Shown here: in pieces, positions 1-10,065 of the stretch | How the letters are laid out: each line of letters starts with the position of its first letter | Position numbering within the stretch: the stretch's first letter is position 1 | Assembly (NCBI GenBank): GCA_020184695.1 | Contig: JAANOX010000002.1 | Span: 372,001 to 436,000 of the forward strand | Origin: Histomonas meleagridis 2922-C6/04-290x | Taxonomy: Eukaryota; Protista; Parabasalia | Length of the DNA stretch: 64,000 nucleotides | Reading direction: 5' to 3' | Translations under genes and position numbers: made by a program | Notes under the pieces: model-generated | Told to the model about the DNA's origin: nothing | Databases searched by the model: none | What the model saw: the letters and a program-made list of their open reading frames with translations, nothing else

Positions 1-1473
1 GCCATTGTTGTTTTCATTTAATTCGGATTTACGACTTTGAATGTTTTTACGTAATAATGTAACAACATTCTTTAAAAAGTAATTCAAATAATGCGGCTGA
101 CAAAACTTTGCAATGAATTTAGTTAACGGTGACGCTACATATATGAAATCTTCAATGTTGACAAAAGCGCCCATTCGATTCCAGATGTCATTCATTAATT
201 CTATGACATTGTCACTAATGACTGTGTTGTTTAGGGAATTGATCAGTTTATACAAAAGTGTCGGCTTAGGAATGACATCGTCACTTTTGTCAATTAACAT
301 TAACAATACATTATATATTTTGGCAACAAACTTGGGTGGTAACTCATCTAATAATACAGATAATATAAATGATGATGGAATGCCAACACTATAAAATTCA
401 TTTAATGCTTCTTTAAGAAAATTGATGTCACCTACTGATACCATAACACTGACAAAGAATTCTAATGCTGGTCGATGCGTTTCAATGTATTTGGAGAATG
501 AATAATCAATGATATTAAATTGGCGAGAAAATCCACGATTCTTAAAATGTAATAAGAAAGTCGCATATGACGTAAATAATGGTAATAATATATCACATGA
601 AGTCTCTGGGAAATATGTATACAAAGTATACACTAAATACGCTCGAACATAAATACCAGACGAACCAGAGCCTAAACCAGGGATAGCTCCGATGATGTTT
701 TGGATTGATTCTTTTGTTGTTCGAAATGGATGAAATTTGGTCGATCGTAAAAACGCAATTTCTAATAGTAATCGAGGTAACAGTCGATCTGTGCGACATA
801 GTATCATTGACCAGTTCAAACATAACAATTCGCGACAGCCTTCTTTGGATTCAAGAAAATTACCTTTTGCCGACTCATGAGAAGATATACGGTCATAAAC
901 AATATTACCGAAATGTTCCACTAGTTCCAACACTAACATAAATTGCGCCGGATAAAATTGTGGAGATCTTGTGTTCATCAATAATCGACATGTTTTGGAG
1001 ATAAGTTCTATCATTTCCAAGTGTTTTGATTCCTTATACAGAGTACTAAGCATTGCGCTTTGTTTCTTGATTTCATTACGTAGTCGTTCTTCATTTTGTT
1101 GCATAAGCGCAAGTTGTTGTGCCTCATCACTCGTGACAGCTAACTCTGCAAGTCGATCACGCACTCGTTTAGATAGTAAATGGTAATTCTCGTTTTCTTT
1201 CATGAAGTCTGATGCGCGCGTTTGAAATGCGCCAAGACAATAATTCTTGAACTTGCTCCAACGCGACTGCATACTCATTGAAGAGCGGTCGCTTTGGATT
1301 GAGTCTGTGAATGGATCGGAATTTTTAGTGGATTCGATATCAAATGCTTCTTCAACGGAAACTTGTTGACCGAGAATCTCTACAGGAGATGGCTTAGGGG
1401 TAATCCTTTGATATCCTAATAAAACATCGGGGTCTTTATTAAGTGGAATTAAGTGATAAGTTTCTTTTGACAT
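1..1473 (-). CDS. VPS35L: VPS35L/C16orf62-like Retriever subunit, 3'-truncated by the window edge
   Basis: Not in the ORF track because it has no stop in the window. Manual translation from ATG 1473 gives 491 open codons (MSKETYHLIP...), including QFYPAQFMLVLELVEHFGNIVYDRI and LNWSMILCRTDRLLPRLLLEIAFLR. These match my recollection of VPS35L motifs ([44 protein letters not shown]). Confidence 0.8.
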   Translation of the reverse strand, partial: MSKETYHLIPLNKDPDVLLGYQRITPKPSPVEILGQQVSVEEAFDIESTKNSDPFTDSIQSDRSSMSMQSRWSKFKNYCLGAFQTRASDFMKENENYHLLSKRVRDRLAELAVTSDEAQQLALMQQNEERLRNEIKKQSAMLSTLYKESKHLEMIELISKTCRLLMNTRSPQFYPAQFMLVLELVEHFGNIVYDRISSHESAKGNFLESKEGCRELLCLNWSMILCRTDRLLPRLLLEIAFLRSTKFHPFRTTKESIQNIIGAIPGLGSGSSGIYVRAYLVYTLYTYFPETSCDILLPLFTSYATFLLHFKNRGFSRQFNIIDYSFSKYIETHRPALEFFVSVMVSVGDINFLKEALNEFYSVGIPSSFILSVLLDELPPKFVAKIYNVLLMLIDKSDDVIPKPTLLYKLINSLNNTVISDNVIELMNDIWNRMGAFVNIEDFIYVASPLTKFIAKFCQPHYLNYFLKNVVTLLRKNIQSRKSELNENNNG

Positions 1474-1591
1474 TGGAATATGAGCGGTTACGGTTTTACT
1501 ATATCTTTGGTTTAACGGTCGATGTTCCACAATGATTTTTTTCTATGATAATGTGGTCATTTCACTCACACGAAATATTTTGAAAGAATAA

Positions 1592-1599
1592 AACGGTTT
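1592..1599 (+). promoter_or_regulatory. M3-like trichomonad core promoter motif (AACGGTTT) upstream of Ran
   Basis: Matches the T. vaginalis M3 consensus RRCSGTTD, about 30 nt upstream of the Ran ATG. The same octamer precedes RPL19. Confidence 0.35.
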
Positions 1600-1630
1600 T
1601 GTCATGGTCTGAAACAATCCAAAAGGGTAA

Positions 1631-2263
1631 ATGCAGGCAAAACTCGTACTCGTAGGTGATGGTGGTGTTGGTAAGACAACATTCGTCAAGAGACATCAAA
1701 CAGGTGAATTCGAAAAGAAATATATTCCAACATTAGGTGTTCAAGTATCTCAATTATCATTCCAAACAACACATGGTGTTTTAACATATAACATTTGGGA
1801 TACAGCAGGACAAGAACGTTTTGGTGGTCTTCGTGAAGGTTATTATCTTGAAGCTAATTGTGCTATCATCATGTTCGACGTTACATCGCCTACAACATAT
1901 CGTAATGTCCCAACATGGCATCGTGATTTAGTGCGTGTTTGCCCAAATATCCCAATTGTTCTCGTTGGTAATAAGATTGATGTTCGTGACAGGAAAGTTC
2001 AAGCAAAGCGCGTTATTTTCCATAAGAAAAACAACATGAGATACTTCGAAATCTCAGCTAAAAGTAACTATCACTTTGAACTTCCATTCCTTTCATTAGC
2101 CCGTTCATTATCAGGTGATCCTAATCTTCAATTCACTACAGCAACTGTTTTGATGCCACCAGAAGTTGAAATGGATCCAAATCTTGCTGCACAATATGAA
2201 GCTGAACTTCAACAAGCAGAAGCTATTCCACTTCCAGAAGATGATAATGATTTCCTTAATTAA
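1631..2263 (+). CDS. RAN: Ran GTPase
   Basis: GDGGVGKT P-loop, [30 protein letters not shown], and an acidic C-terminal tail (EDDNDFLN) with no CAAX motif. Confidence 0.97.
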   Translation: MQAKLVLVGDGGVGKTTFVKRHQTGEFEKKYIPTLGVQVSQLSFQTTHGVLTYNIWDTAGQERFGGLREGYYLEANCAIIMFDVTSPTTYRNVPTWHRDLVRVCPNIPIVLVGNKIDVRDRKVQAKRVIFHKKNNMRYFEISAKSNYHFELPFLSLARSLSGDPNLQFTTATVLMPPEVEMDPNLAAQYEAELQQAEAIPLPEDDNDFLN

Positions 2264-2582
2264 AAAATTAAATAACATTTTTTTGCTTTTATGTTTCAAC
2301 AGTTGATACAATAAAAGTATTAAAACATTTTTATATGAATAATGATACCAAATTTAATTTCTGATTGAGCAGTGCATTTTACATTTTAGTGCCAATATTT
2401 CTAATCTACAAAATGGACTTGCTATTATGTCTAAAAAAAAATCTACCGAACCAATTTTTCGAAATTTTTATTTCTTTTTCGTGTGCAGTATTCAATTTAG
2501 AATGTAATATATTGAATATAATTTGATCGAATTATTAACTTTTTCGATGTTATTTAATCGTGATGTGCGATGAATATGGGTA

Positions 2583-2590
2583 ATGGTGAT
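2583..2590. repeat. Left 8-bp target-site duplication (ATGGTGAT); right copy at 5217-5224
   Basis: Exact direct repeat immediately outside both TIRs. An 8-bp TSD is typical of hAT elements. Confidence 0.93.
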
Positions 2591-5216
2591 TAGGGTTTCC
2601 GAAAACGGTACTCGTACTTTTTAACCGTTTTTTGTCATAACGTTTAAACAGGTACAAGTACAAAAAGTGACGCATATGAAAAGTGACATGACACCCAAAG
2701 TACAAAAAGTGACATTTATATTTGTTTTATGCGTTTTTTCCGATACATTTGAGTAATTTATAAATATATTCAAATTATTTTGCATGTATATATGTTGATG
2801 AAAATATTATCAGAATACTATTTAAAAATCTATTTTAAGAGACACAATAATTTAAGATAAAAAAATTTTTTGGAGTAGACCGTTTATATGATGATCGTTA
2901 ACCGCTATTTATTGTGTAAATTGAAATGATTAAAAGATTTATTTTAAAAATAAAAATAAAAAAGATATTTATAATTAGAATAAGAATAAGAATAAGAATA
3001 AAATTAAAATAAAATACAATAGATTTTTCATCAAAAAATATTTAATTGACAGTTTCAACTCATTATGATATTAAAAATTATATCATTTCATAAAATATCA
3101 TCAAAATCAGCAATTATATTATCATATTACATAATTATTCATTTATAACAAATACACACACTTATAAAAATATATTTTAGTTGAATTTATTTAGCTTAAT
3201 AAATCAGCATTAACATAGAGAAAAGCTCTTTCAGTTGCACTTTCTTTGGACAATGCACCGCACTGGTCTGGTAAAGCATATCTTGCCATTGAAAATACTC
3301 GCTCTATGTTTGCTGAACTTGCTTTAAAACAAAAGTACTTTTCAGCAATTTTGAATGAATTTGGGAATTGTTTTGACTATATTTCCGAAATGATACAATA
3401 TTTGTATTATCTGGAATTCTAACTTTTTTAAATAGCTTGTATTCATTTGCATTTCGTGTTGCATTTCGAGATCTAGGCGAGGTGTTTATGTTATTTTGGT
3501 TAGTTTGATGTGGAATTTTTGATTTCAAGTAATTTTTAGCTTCGATATAATATTTTTTTAATTCATATGGCAAAAGCTTTTTGCCATCTAAACAAGGGTT
3601 AAGAATTGCTGCAATGGTTAGGTTATTAAGAAATTCTTCATATTTAATTAACCTTGTAAATAGTGTATTTTTTAAATTGTTGGATTGTTGAATGAATCCA
3701 CTCATATGCATTTCCTGAGTTATCTCTTGATAAATTTCCATTACTAAATCTAGGGCACAAATAAAAATATCATTTGAATCACTTTCAAGCTTTTTTGTAA
3801 TATTGCTAATTTTCGTTATATAAGGCAAAATTGCATTTAAATATATCCAATCATTGTCATTTAATTTATCATCATCTTTTATTTTTTATAATTCGATTGA
3901 CCTATCCTTAATTTAATAAAATTCGTAAATTTCCTTACGAAGTTGACATGCACGTTTGATTGAATTATATAAAGAAAGCCACCTAATTTCAATGTAACTC
4001 GGAATAATTTTACACTTTTTACCTTTCAAAGTAAGATATTGTTTGAATTGGCAATTGTTATATAAAACACTTAATTTATTGATAATTTGTTTGAGAGTTA
4101 AATCATTTGATATCCAATCAAGAAAAGCTCTATTTATAATATGAGAGCAACATGGTGTCCATTCAATGCCTGATATTTTGATTGCTTTTCTTACAGAAGA
4201 TGCACAATCTGTGCATGTACAGGCAATTTTATTTCTATCTAGGTTATAACAAGCTAAATTTTCATCCAAAATTCTGGAAATAACGCTTGATGTTCTGCTT
4301 ATATCGTCCGGAACCGTTAAACATAATAAATAATAACCACTCTCGATTGTTACCGAAATTCCAATAAAATTATAATTATACCTGATATATTCATCAAGAG
4401 AAAGGAAATAATATGGACATTGATCAAGAATACTTCTAATTTTCGATTGAATCATTAAATAAGTTTCATGGAATCTAGTTTCAAATGTCTCTAATGAAGG
4501 TAATGAATATGGAAATAATTCGGCAAACGATTTAAACTTTATTATTGAATGTGGAATTGCATTAACTGCAAAAAAATTTATTATTATTCTATCTAAATCC
4601 TTCTTCCATAATTGTGAAGTATAATGTTTTGCTTTAACATGTTTTGAAACATTCCCTGGATCTGAAGAAATATATTTGTTACACAAAGAACAAAAGCCAA
4701 TTTTACACCCAATCATCAAATAAATATAATCATGATTTTTATGTTTTTGTGCAAAAGAAAGAGTAATTGAGTTTGGTGGTTTGGGTACAATTATTTTTGG
4801 TAATTGATTCAGTCTATTAAAGTCAAAAATTTCATTAGCTTCAATAAATGGAATACTTACAATATTTTGCATCCGAAGAAATGATGTGATACCAGATCGA
4901 TTTGAGATAATCTAATAAATTTTTATCAAAATTCGAAGTTTGAATCTAAACACATGACTTTGAACTTAAAAATCAAAAATTTTGAATTCAAAAACTGCAT
5001 CATTTAAGAAATAATGCAATTTTTATCACCAAGTTTTTGAATGGTCTATTTTTAACCGGAATTTGGCGGTTAATGTACAAGTACAAGTACCTTCTTTTAA
5101 GAAAAATCGATAAACCAACCAAAAAAAAGTACTTCCAGATTGAGAGACACTTTTTGTACAAGTACTTTGCGTCACTTTTAACCGATCGTACAAGTACTTT
5201 ATTCTAGGAAACCCTA
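2591..5216 (-). mobile_element. hAT-superfamily DNA transposon, 2626 bp, both ends present, transposase decayed
   Basis: Perfect 10-bp TIRs TAGGGTTTCC (2591-2600) and GGAAACCCTA (5207-5216). Identical 8-bp TSD ATGGTGAT at 2583-2590 and 5217-5224. Subterminal AAAAGTGAC repeats (2663, 2679, 2705; inverted at 5171) and GTACAAGTAC repeats. Internal hAT transposase. Confidence 0.94.
3191..4872 (-). pseudogene. hAT transposase (BED finger, DDE, dimerisation domain), inactivated
   Basis: BED finger CSLC..HVKAKH, then SLDE, CTDCAS, CCSH (CxxH), IRWLS, DWIYL and AAILNP. The C-terminal FKASSANIERVFS...NADLLS* lies in a shifted frame ending at 3191. Two in-frame TAA stops (3913-3915 and about 3886) and a frameshift near 3380. 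Confidence 0.9.
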
Positions 5217-5580
5217 ATGGTGATAAACCAAAAGGCTTCCGGAAGATCCTTGAAAACAGAGCTCGAGATCAGTGAATAAAGCTGACTGTCGCGTGAACTT
5301 CGATGTAATTTCATCAACATTGAAATTCCAATACGACGATAAAGTTGTGAATTTTTGAATAACATGCTACACAATTTAATACATACAAATATCTGAGGCT
5401 CAAAATGGAATAAAGCAACATGTTGATAATTTGAAATAAATTGTATAGTTTACGTGCTTCTTTTTTCAAATTAATCGCTTTTTCAATGGAGTGATGTGAT
5501 GTGTGTTTGAAGTGATATGAACAAACTACAACATTTGCCAAATCTCTGTGGCTCTACAGTAACGACCATTTTATTCAAAA

Positions 5581-6590
5581 ATGTCAAGCGAAGAGCAGGC
5601 AACACAACCCAAGGAAGTTCTCTCGAATCCTTGATTCGATTCCACAAACTAAAAGCGTTTTCTTATTGGGTTCCATAGATGAAAAGGATGTCATTATATT
5701 ATTGGAAAAGACTCATTTCAATACAAATGATAATGCTTTTGAGCAAAGTAAAGATGGAGATAATACAAGTGAAGCTAAATTTTCAGATATTAAATCGATA
5801 GAAGATTTGAAAGAGAATAAAACAAATGATATTTATCATTGGGGGTTAGCTATCTTAGAGCAAGACATGGAACATAATCCCACTGCTAAGATAATATTGA
5901 TATATTCTGCCAAAGCCACTCATATTGAAAAATATGGAAAACAAAAGTCCCATTTCATAAAAGAAACACCTGAAGTTTCTCATGAAATTGTTGAATCTCA
6001 TATCAAAGAGATGTGCTCAGAAATAAGATTAAAATGGGTTCACAACATCTTATATGAAGGAGCCGAATCTGATCGTGAGATTTACAGAGAATATGATCCA
6101 AATGATATACAACAGTTTCGTCATATTACTAGAAATGAAATGGAATGGCTCTGATTTAGATTCCATGTATTTAATTGCCATAGTATATCTAAATGACATT
6201 CATTCATTACGTGATTTGAAACCAAAGGATCAACCATGGTTAAAAATGTTGATGAGAAAGATTAAAGCTGTTATATCCACGAAATATTCGGTTCATCCTG
6301 ATGAATTAAGAATATATATTCATTATCAGCCATCGCATTATCACTTCCATATTCATATCATGAATATATTAAATCCAGGATTGGGATTTTCAATTGCAAC
6401 AGGAAAAGCAATTTTACTGGATGAAGTAATCGAACAATTAAATTATATGGGAGGTGAAGGATATGAAAGAAGTACTCTATATTATGTACTTGGAAAAAAC
6501 CACGAGCTATGGAAAAGAGGCTTGAATAAAGTGGTGGAAAAGCAATTGGAAACAGAAGGAACGTCAAATATTCCTCCACAGGATAAATAA
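5581..6590 (+). pseudogene. DCS1: Scavenger mRNA decapping enzyme DcpS (HIT family), Saccharomycetaceae Dcs1/Dcs2-like, two frameshifts
   Basis: ATG at 5581 in aaaaATGtc context. Three frames join to give RILDSIPQTKSVFLLGSIDEKDVIILLEKTHF...NDIYHWGL...NPTAK...[15 protein letters not shown]...MKWNG..LDSMYLIAIVY...HPDELRIYIHYQPSHYHFHIH (HIT motif)...GKAILL...ELWKRGL. Frameshifts near 5622 and 6110. Confidence 0.9.
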
Positions 6591-6867
6591 AAAACCAATG
6601 GTTTTTTAATTTTTAAATTTGTGATTTTGGTTTTTTCATTCTTTTGCTCAAACGTTGAGACAAAAGTTCCATATTCGACTTGGAGTGAAATTCATTAAAT
6701 TATGCATGAAGTTTTAATTGGAAATGTTGATGAAAGTCAAAACGTTACAAAAACGAATTTTTATTTAGGCGTGTGACAAATAAACAGTTGCTTGGATAGG
6801 TGGAAGATTTTCGTTGTCGTAGTCATAGAATTCCATTTCTTCTTCTTCAGGTCTGCTGGTTCATTTT

Positions 6868-7556
6868 TCAACAAGAAATATCATTTCAAACAAATTTTGA
6901 TTTTAATCAAACAATTAATCCATCACTTTATGAAAGATGTGATTATGCAGCATTTTTCTATTAAATGTTTTAAATATTTACTTATAAATAATGCAAACGT
7001 TGAAGATACAGGTAAATATGCAGTTGTAGGTGGAAATGAAGAAATCATTCATTTATACTAACAAAATCATTCATTATTTAAATATGCATATGAAGCAGCA
7101 ATTGAATTTCATCGAAATTACATCTTTCATTATTTTTATGATAATAAGAAATTAATTATTTAGAAGAATTTGGAAAGCTTTGTATTTTATATAATAATTA
7201 TGAAATATTTTCATTTTTAGTTAAAGAAGAAATGAGAATCAATGATTATATTATTAATGAAGCAGCAACTATTAGAAATATTTATTTAGTTGAATGTTTT
7301 CTTAAAGATCATTCAGTTCGGCATGATATATTGGCATTTTTATCTGAATCAAGAAATATTGAAGTTGTTGAATACTTATTAAATCAAAAAGGAATTGTTA
7401 TTAATGTTGAAGATATTTATTTGTTTTAATTAAAATTTAATTTAATAATTTCTTGTTTCAAAATATTATTTTTGATTTCAAATATTTATTAGAGCATTTA
7501 TAGATGAAATTTTGGTATATTTGGAAAAAATAGAAAAGAACAATATTAATAATTAA
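6868..7556 (+). pseudogene. Degraded DUF3447-type ankyrin gene, 5'-truncated, with stops and deletions
   Basis: Fragments QEISFQTNFDFNQTINPSLYER, KCFKYLL and TGKYAVVGGNEEIIHL match the intact paralogs at 10066, 31653 and 35242. It carries the same type of spacer after INVED (7415-7490). Confidence 0.8.
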
Positions 7557-7751
7557 AAAATGAAATTATTTAATAAATAAAAATGATATTTGGTTTATTT
7601 CAATGTGTTAAATGATAAAATAATAAAACATTCTTATAGCCTATAAAAAAATATTTTCATTAAAGAATAGCATTGGATTGAATGGATATTTTTTAAGTTT
7701 AAAAATGCGAATTTGACATTTTCTTTAGTGTTTATTGAAACGAAATATTGT

Positions 7752-9145
7752 TTAATTCATAAGTCTTCCAAAGAATTCGATTCTGTTCAGTGTAAGGTAG
7801 TAGGTGCCACACCAGTTCTTATCAGTTTGTGTTAGCTTCAAATAACGGAATTGTTCTTGCTTTCCTTGAATCTCAAAAAATGCTTCTTTACTGTATCCAT
7901 TTAGTGAACCATTATTGGATATTTCATCAAGAATTGTCCAATTACTTTTGTCATTAGAACCCTCCAATTTCCAACTTTTAAGATATTGTGGACCCCAATT
8001 ATTTGAAGATTTTAATGAATATGCAGTGAGAGAAACTTTTCTATCTTTGAAATCGAATATAATAAATTGATTTACAATGTTTTGTGTACCGAAATATCCT
8101 TCATCTTGTACAATACTGCTTAATGGATATCTTTTATCATTGATAAATGAAGATGCTATCACTTCAATTGTTCCATTTGTTATAATATTTCAATTACTTT
8201 GTTTTGTGAGATGATCAAGAATTCCATTAAATTTATTTGTTCCGTCATATTTAGATAGAAAAGGTAAAAATCTCTTTAGAAATTCTTCGTCAGATCTTTT
8301 GCCTCGAATTTTTTTAAGCGCAGGCCACAGATCACCGATTTTATCTGGCGGAATTGAATCAATAATGGATGTCAATCTATCAGAATCTTCTTCTTCTAAA
8401 AATTCACTGTGAATATATTTAAATAAGACATAAAATTCTGGATTTTGTTGATATTTTCTAATAACAAAATCAAGCAATGATTTTTCATTTAAAAGTTTGA
8501 GTTTATCACATTTCAAAAACAATTCTAATTGTGACAACGAAAAATTTTGATCTTTAATTCTTCAGAATGTTTTGCTCCATATTCAATTTCTTTGTCAATA
8601 TTAACTCCTGCTTTCGTTTTGGTGTGAAGAATATTTATTAAATTGTCATTATTGATTTCAAGAGATAATTTTTCTATAAGTTCTGGATTTTTAAGATGGT
8701 TAAAAATGTTGATAAGTGGATCTTTCAAATCAATAATATTAACACTTTGTCCATGTAATAAATTCTCTAATTTATGAATTATTTCATCTGTTACAACTTC
8801 GTCAACTTTTAAAAAAATCATTTTTGGGTTTTTAGCTTTCATATTTGAAACAACAGGTGAAATAAATTCTGCAAGGAAGTCAGGTACTTTTAATACTTTA
8901 TTATTTTGAAATCGAAACTCGAAATTATTTTCATAATTTTTAAAATTAATTCTTTTTAAACCTTCTACTGAAAGTGAAAAATTCAATAAACACTTACAAT
9001 TGAAATTTTCTTTATAAGGCCTAATGCCACAATTTGATATCGATTCCATAAGTCGTAATTTATGTGAAACAATGCTAATGCAAAAAATGCCATTACAATT
9101 TTCGGAGCTAACGGTTGCCACATTTAAAAAACCGTTGGAAACCAT
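7752..9145 (-). pseudogene. BTB-like plus F5/8 type C (discoidin) domain protein, disrupted
   Basis: Three consecutive ORF pieces. AEFISPVVS (BTB-like N-terminus), then a C-terminal F5/8-C domain (FIIFDFKDRKVSLTAYSLKS...LKSWKLEGSND...FRYLKLTQTDKNWCG...LNRIEFFG). Frameshift near 8530 and an in-frame TGA at 8190-8192. Confidence 0.75.
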
Positions 9146-9629
9146 AAATTGCTATATTTTTTTATATGCCAATACTAAGTGAGGGCGCTAGTTTAGTCAT
9201 TGTGTTGTAGGAATATAGATGGCGTTTTCCAATATGAGTATCAAATTAGTTTAAAGATATTTTAAATATTTTCTCAAATTTATGTCGTCGTTCACCTTCT
9301 GAACTTGGTCATGCAGTCAATTGTATTAGATTTGACGTACTATCGTACTGCAAATTATTGGATCGTTCGTACACATGTGGAACTTCATGGGGCGAAGATG
9401 TCCCTATGAACAAGAACAACCAATGCGGCGTTGCAGCAGATGCCGTTATACCAATTACATAAATAAACGAAATTCTTTTATTACATTTCATAAATATAAC
9501 GCAATAATTTTTATTTATTTCAAAATTCCATAAAATTCTACTTGTCGTTGATGAATCCCATCATCTCAGCGAAAAGCTCGCCTTCAGCGTATTCTCTTGA
9601 AGTCGTTTCTCTTGCGATCACATCTGCCA

Positions 9630-9830
9630 TTATTGCTATCCATTTGGTTAAGAAGGGCAATGCCTTTGCCGGTAGAATCAGTAGGCATCAAAGGCGCAAC
9701 ATGGAACATAACTTTATAAAACATATCATCATAATAAATTGAATGTGTTCCATTTGTGAATCTTTTTGTGTCCAAAAGTCCATCATAACCTTTGAAGTTA
9801 CTTAGGTCCTAGACACACTGACCTATAGCT
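9630..9830 (-). pseudogene. Isolated Rap/Ral-GAP domain fragment
   Basis: IGQCV*DLSNFKGYDGLLDTKRFTNGTHSIYYDDMFYKVMFHVAPLMPTD resembles the RapGAP core (GGLD...TGTHS.Y...IMFHVSTLMP). In-frame stop upstream; the homology ends abruptly. Confidence 0.6.
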
Positions 9831-10065
9831 AAAAGGTAACTTTGGAATTACGGCGTTGTATCATGTAAAAAATTTGCTAAAATTTATTTTTGTGTGAATT
9901 GGTGCACCCCGACGTAAACGGTTACTCAATTTATGCCAATTTGGTATTCAGTTTTGTTCAGATTTTCTCACAAAATATTGCCCTTTGTCGATCAAAAAAC
10001 AAACAAAAACTAAATAAATTTATTCAATTCTTCTCAAACCTGAAAATTTATTTAATTTATTTCAA

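Noticed and set aside
113-1186. Short ORFs listed in the track at 113-1186
   Set aside because: They are antisense or off-frame shadows of the VPS35L gene.
3886-3915. TAA read-through or an alternative genetic code in the transposase
   Set aside because: Ran, RPS17 and RPL19 end normally in TAA, and the element also has a frameshift, so ordinary decay is the simpler explanation.
5314-5541. THAP-like VCSYHF motif in a short minus-strand ORF
   Set aside because: The N-terminal Cys pair and the AVPT motif are not identifiable; too short to support.
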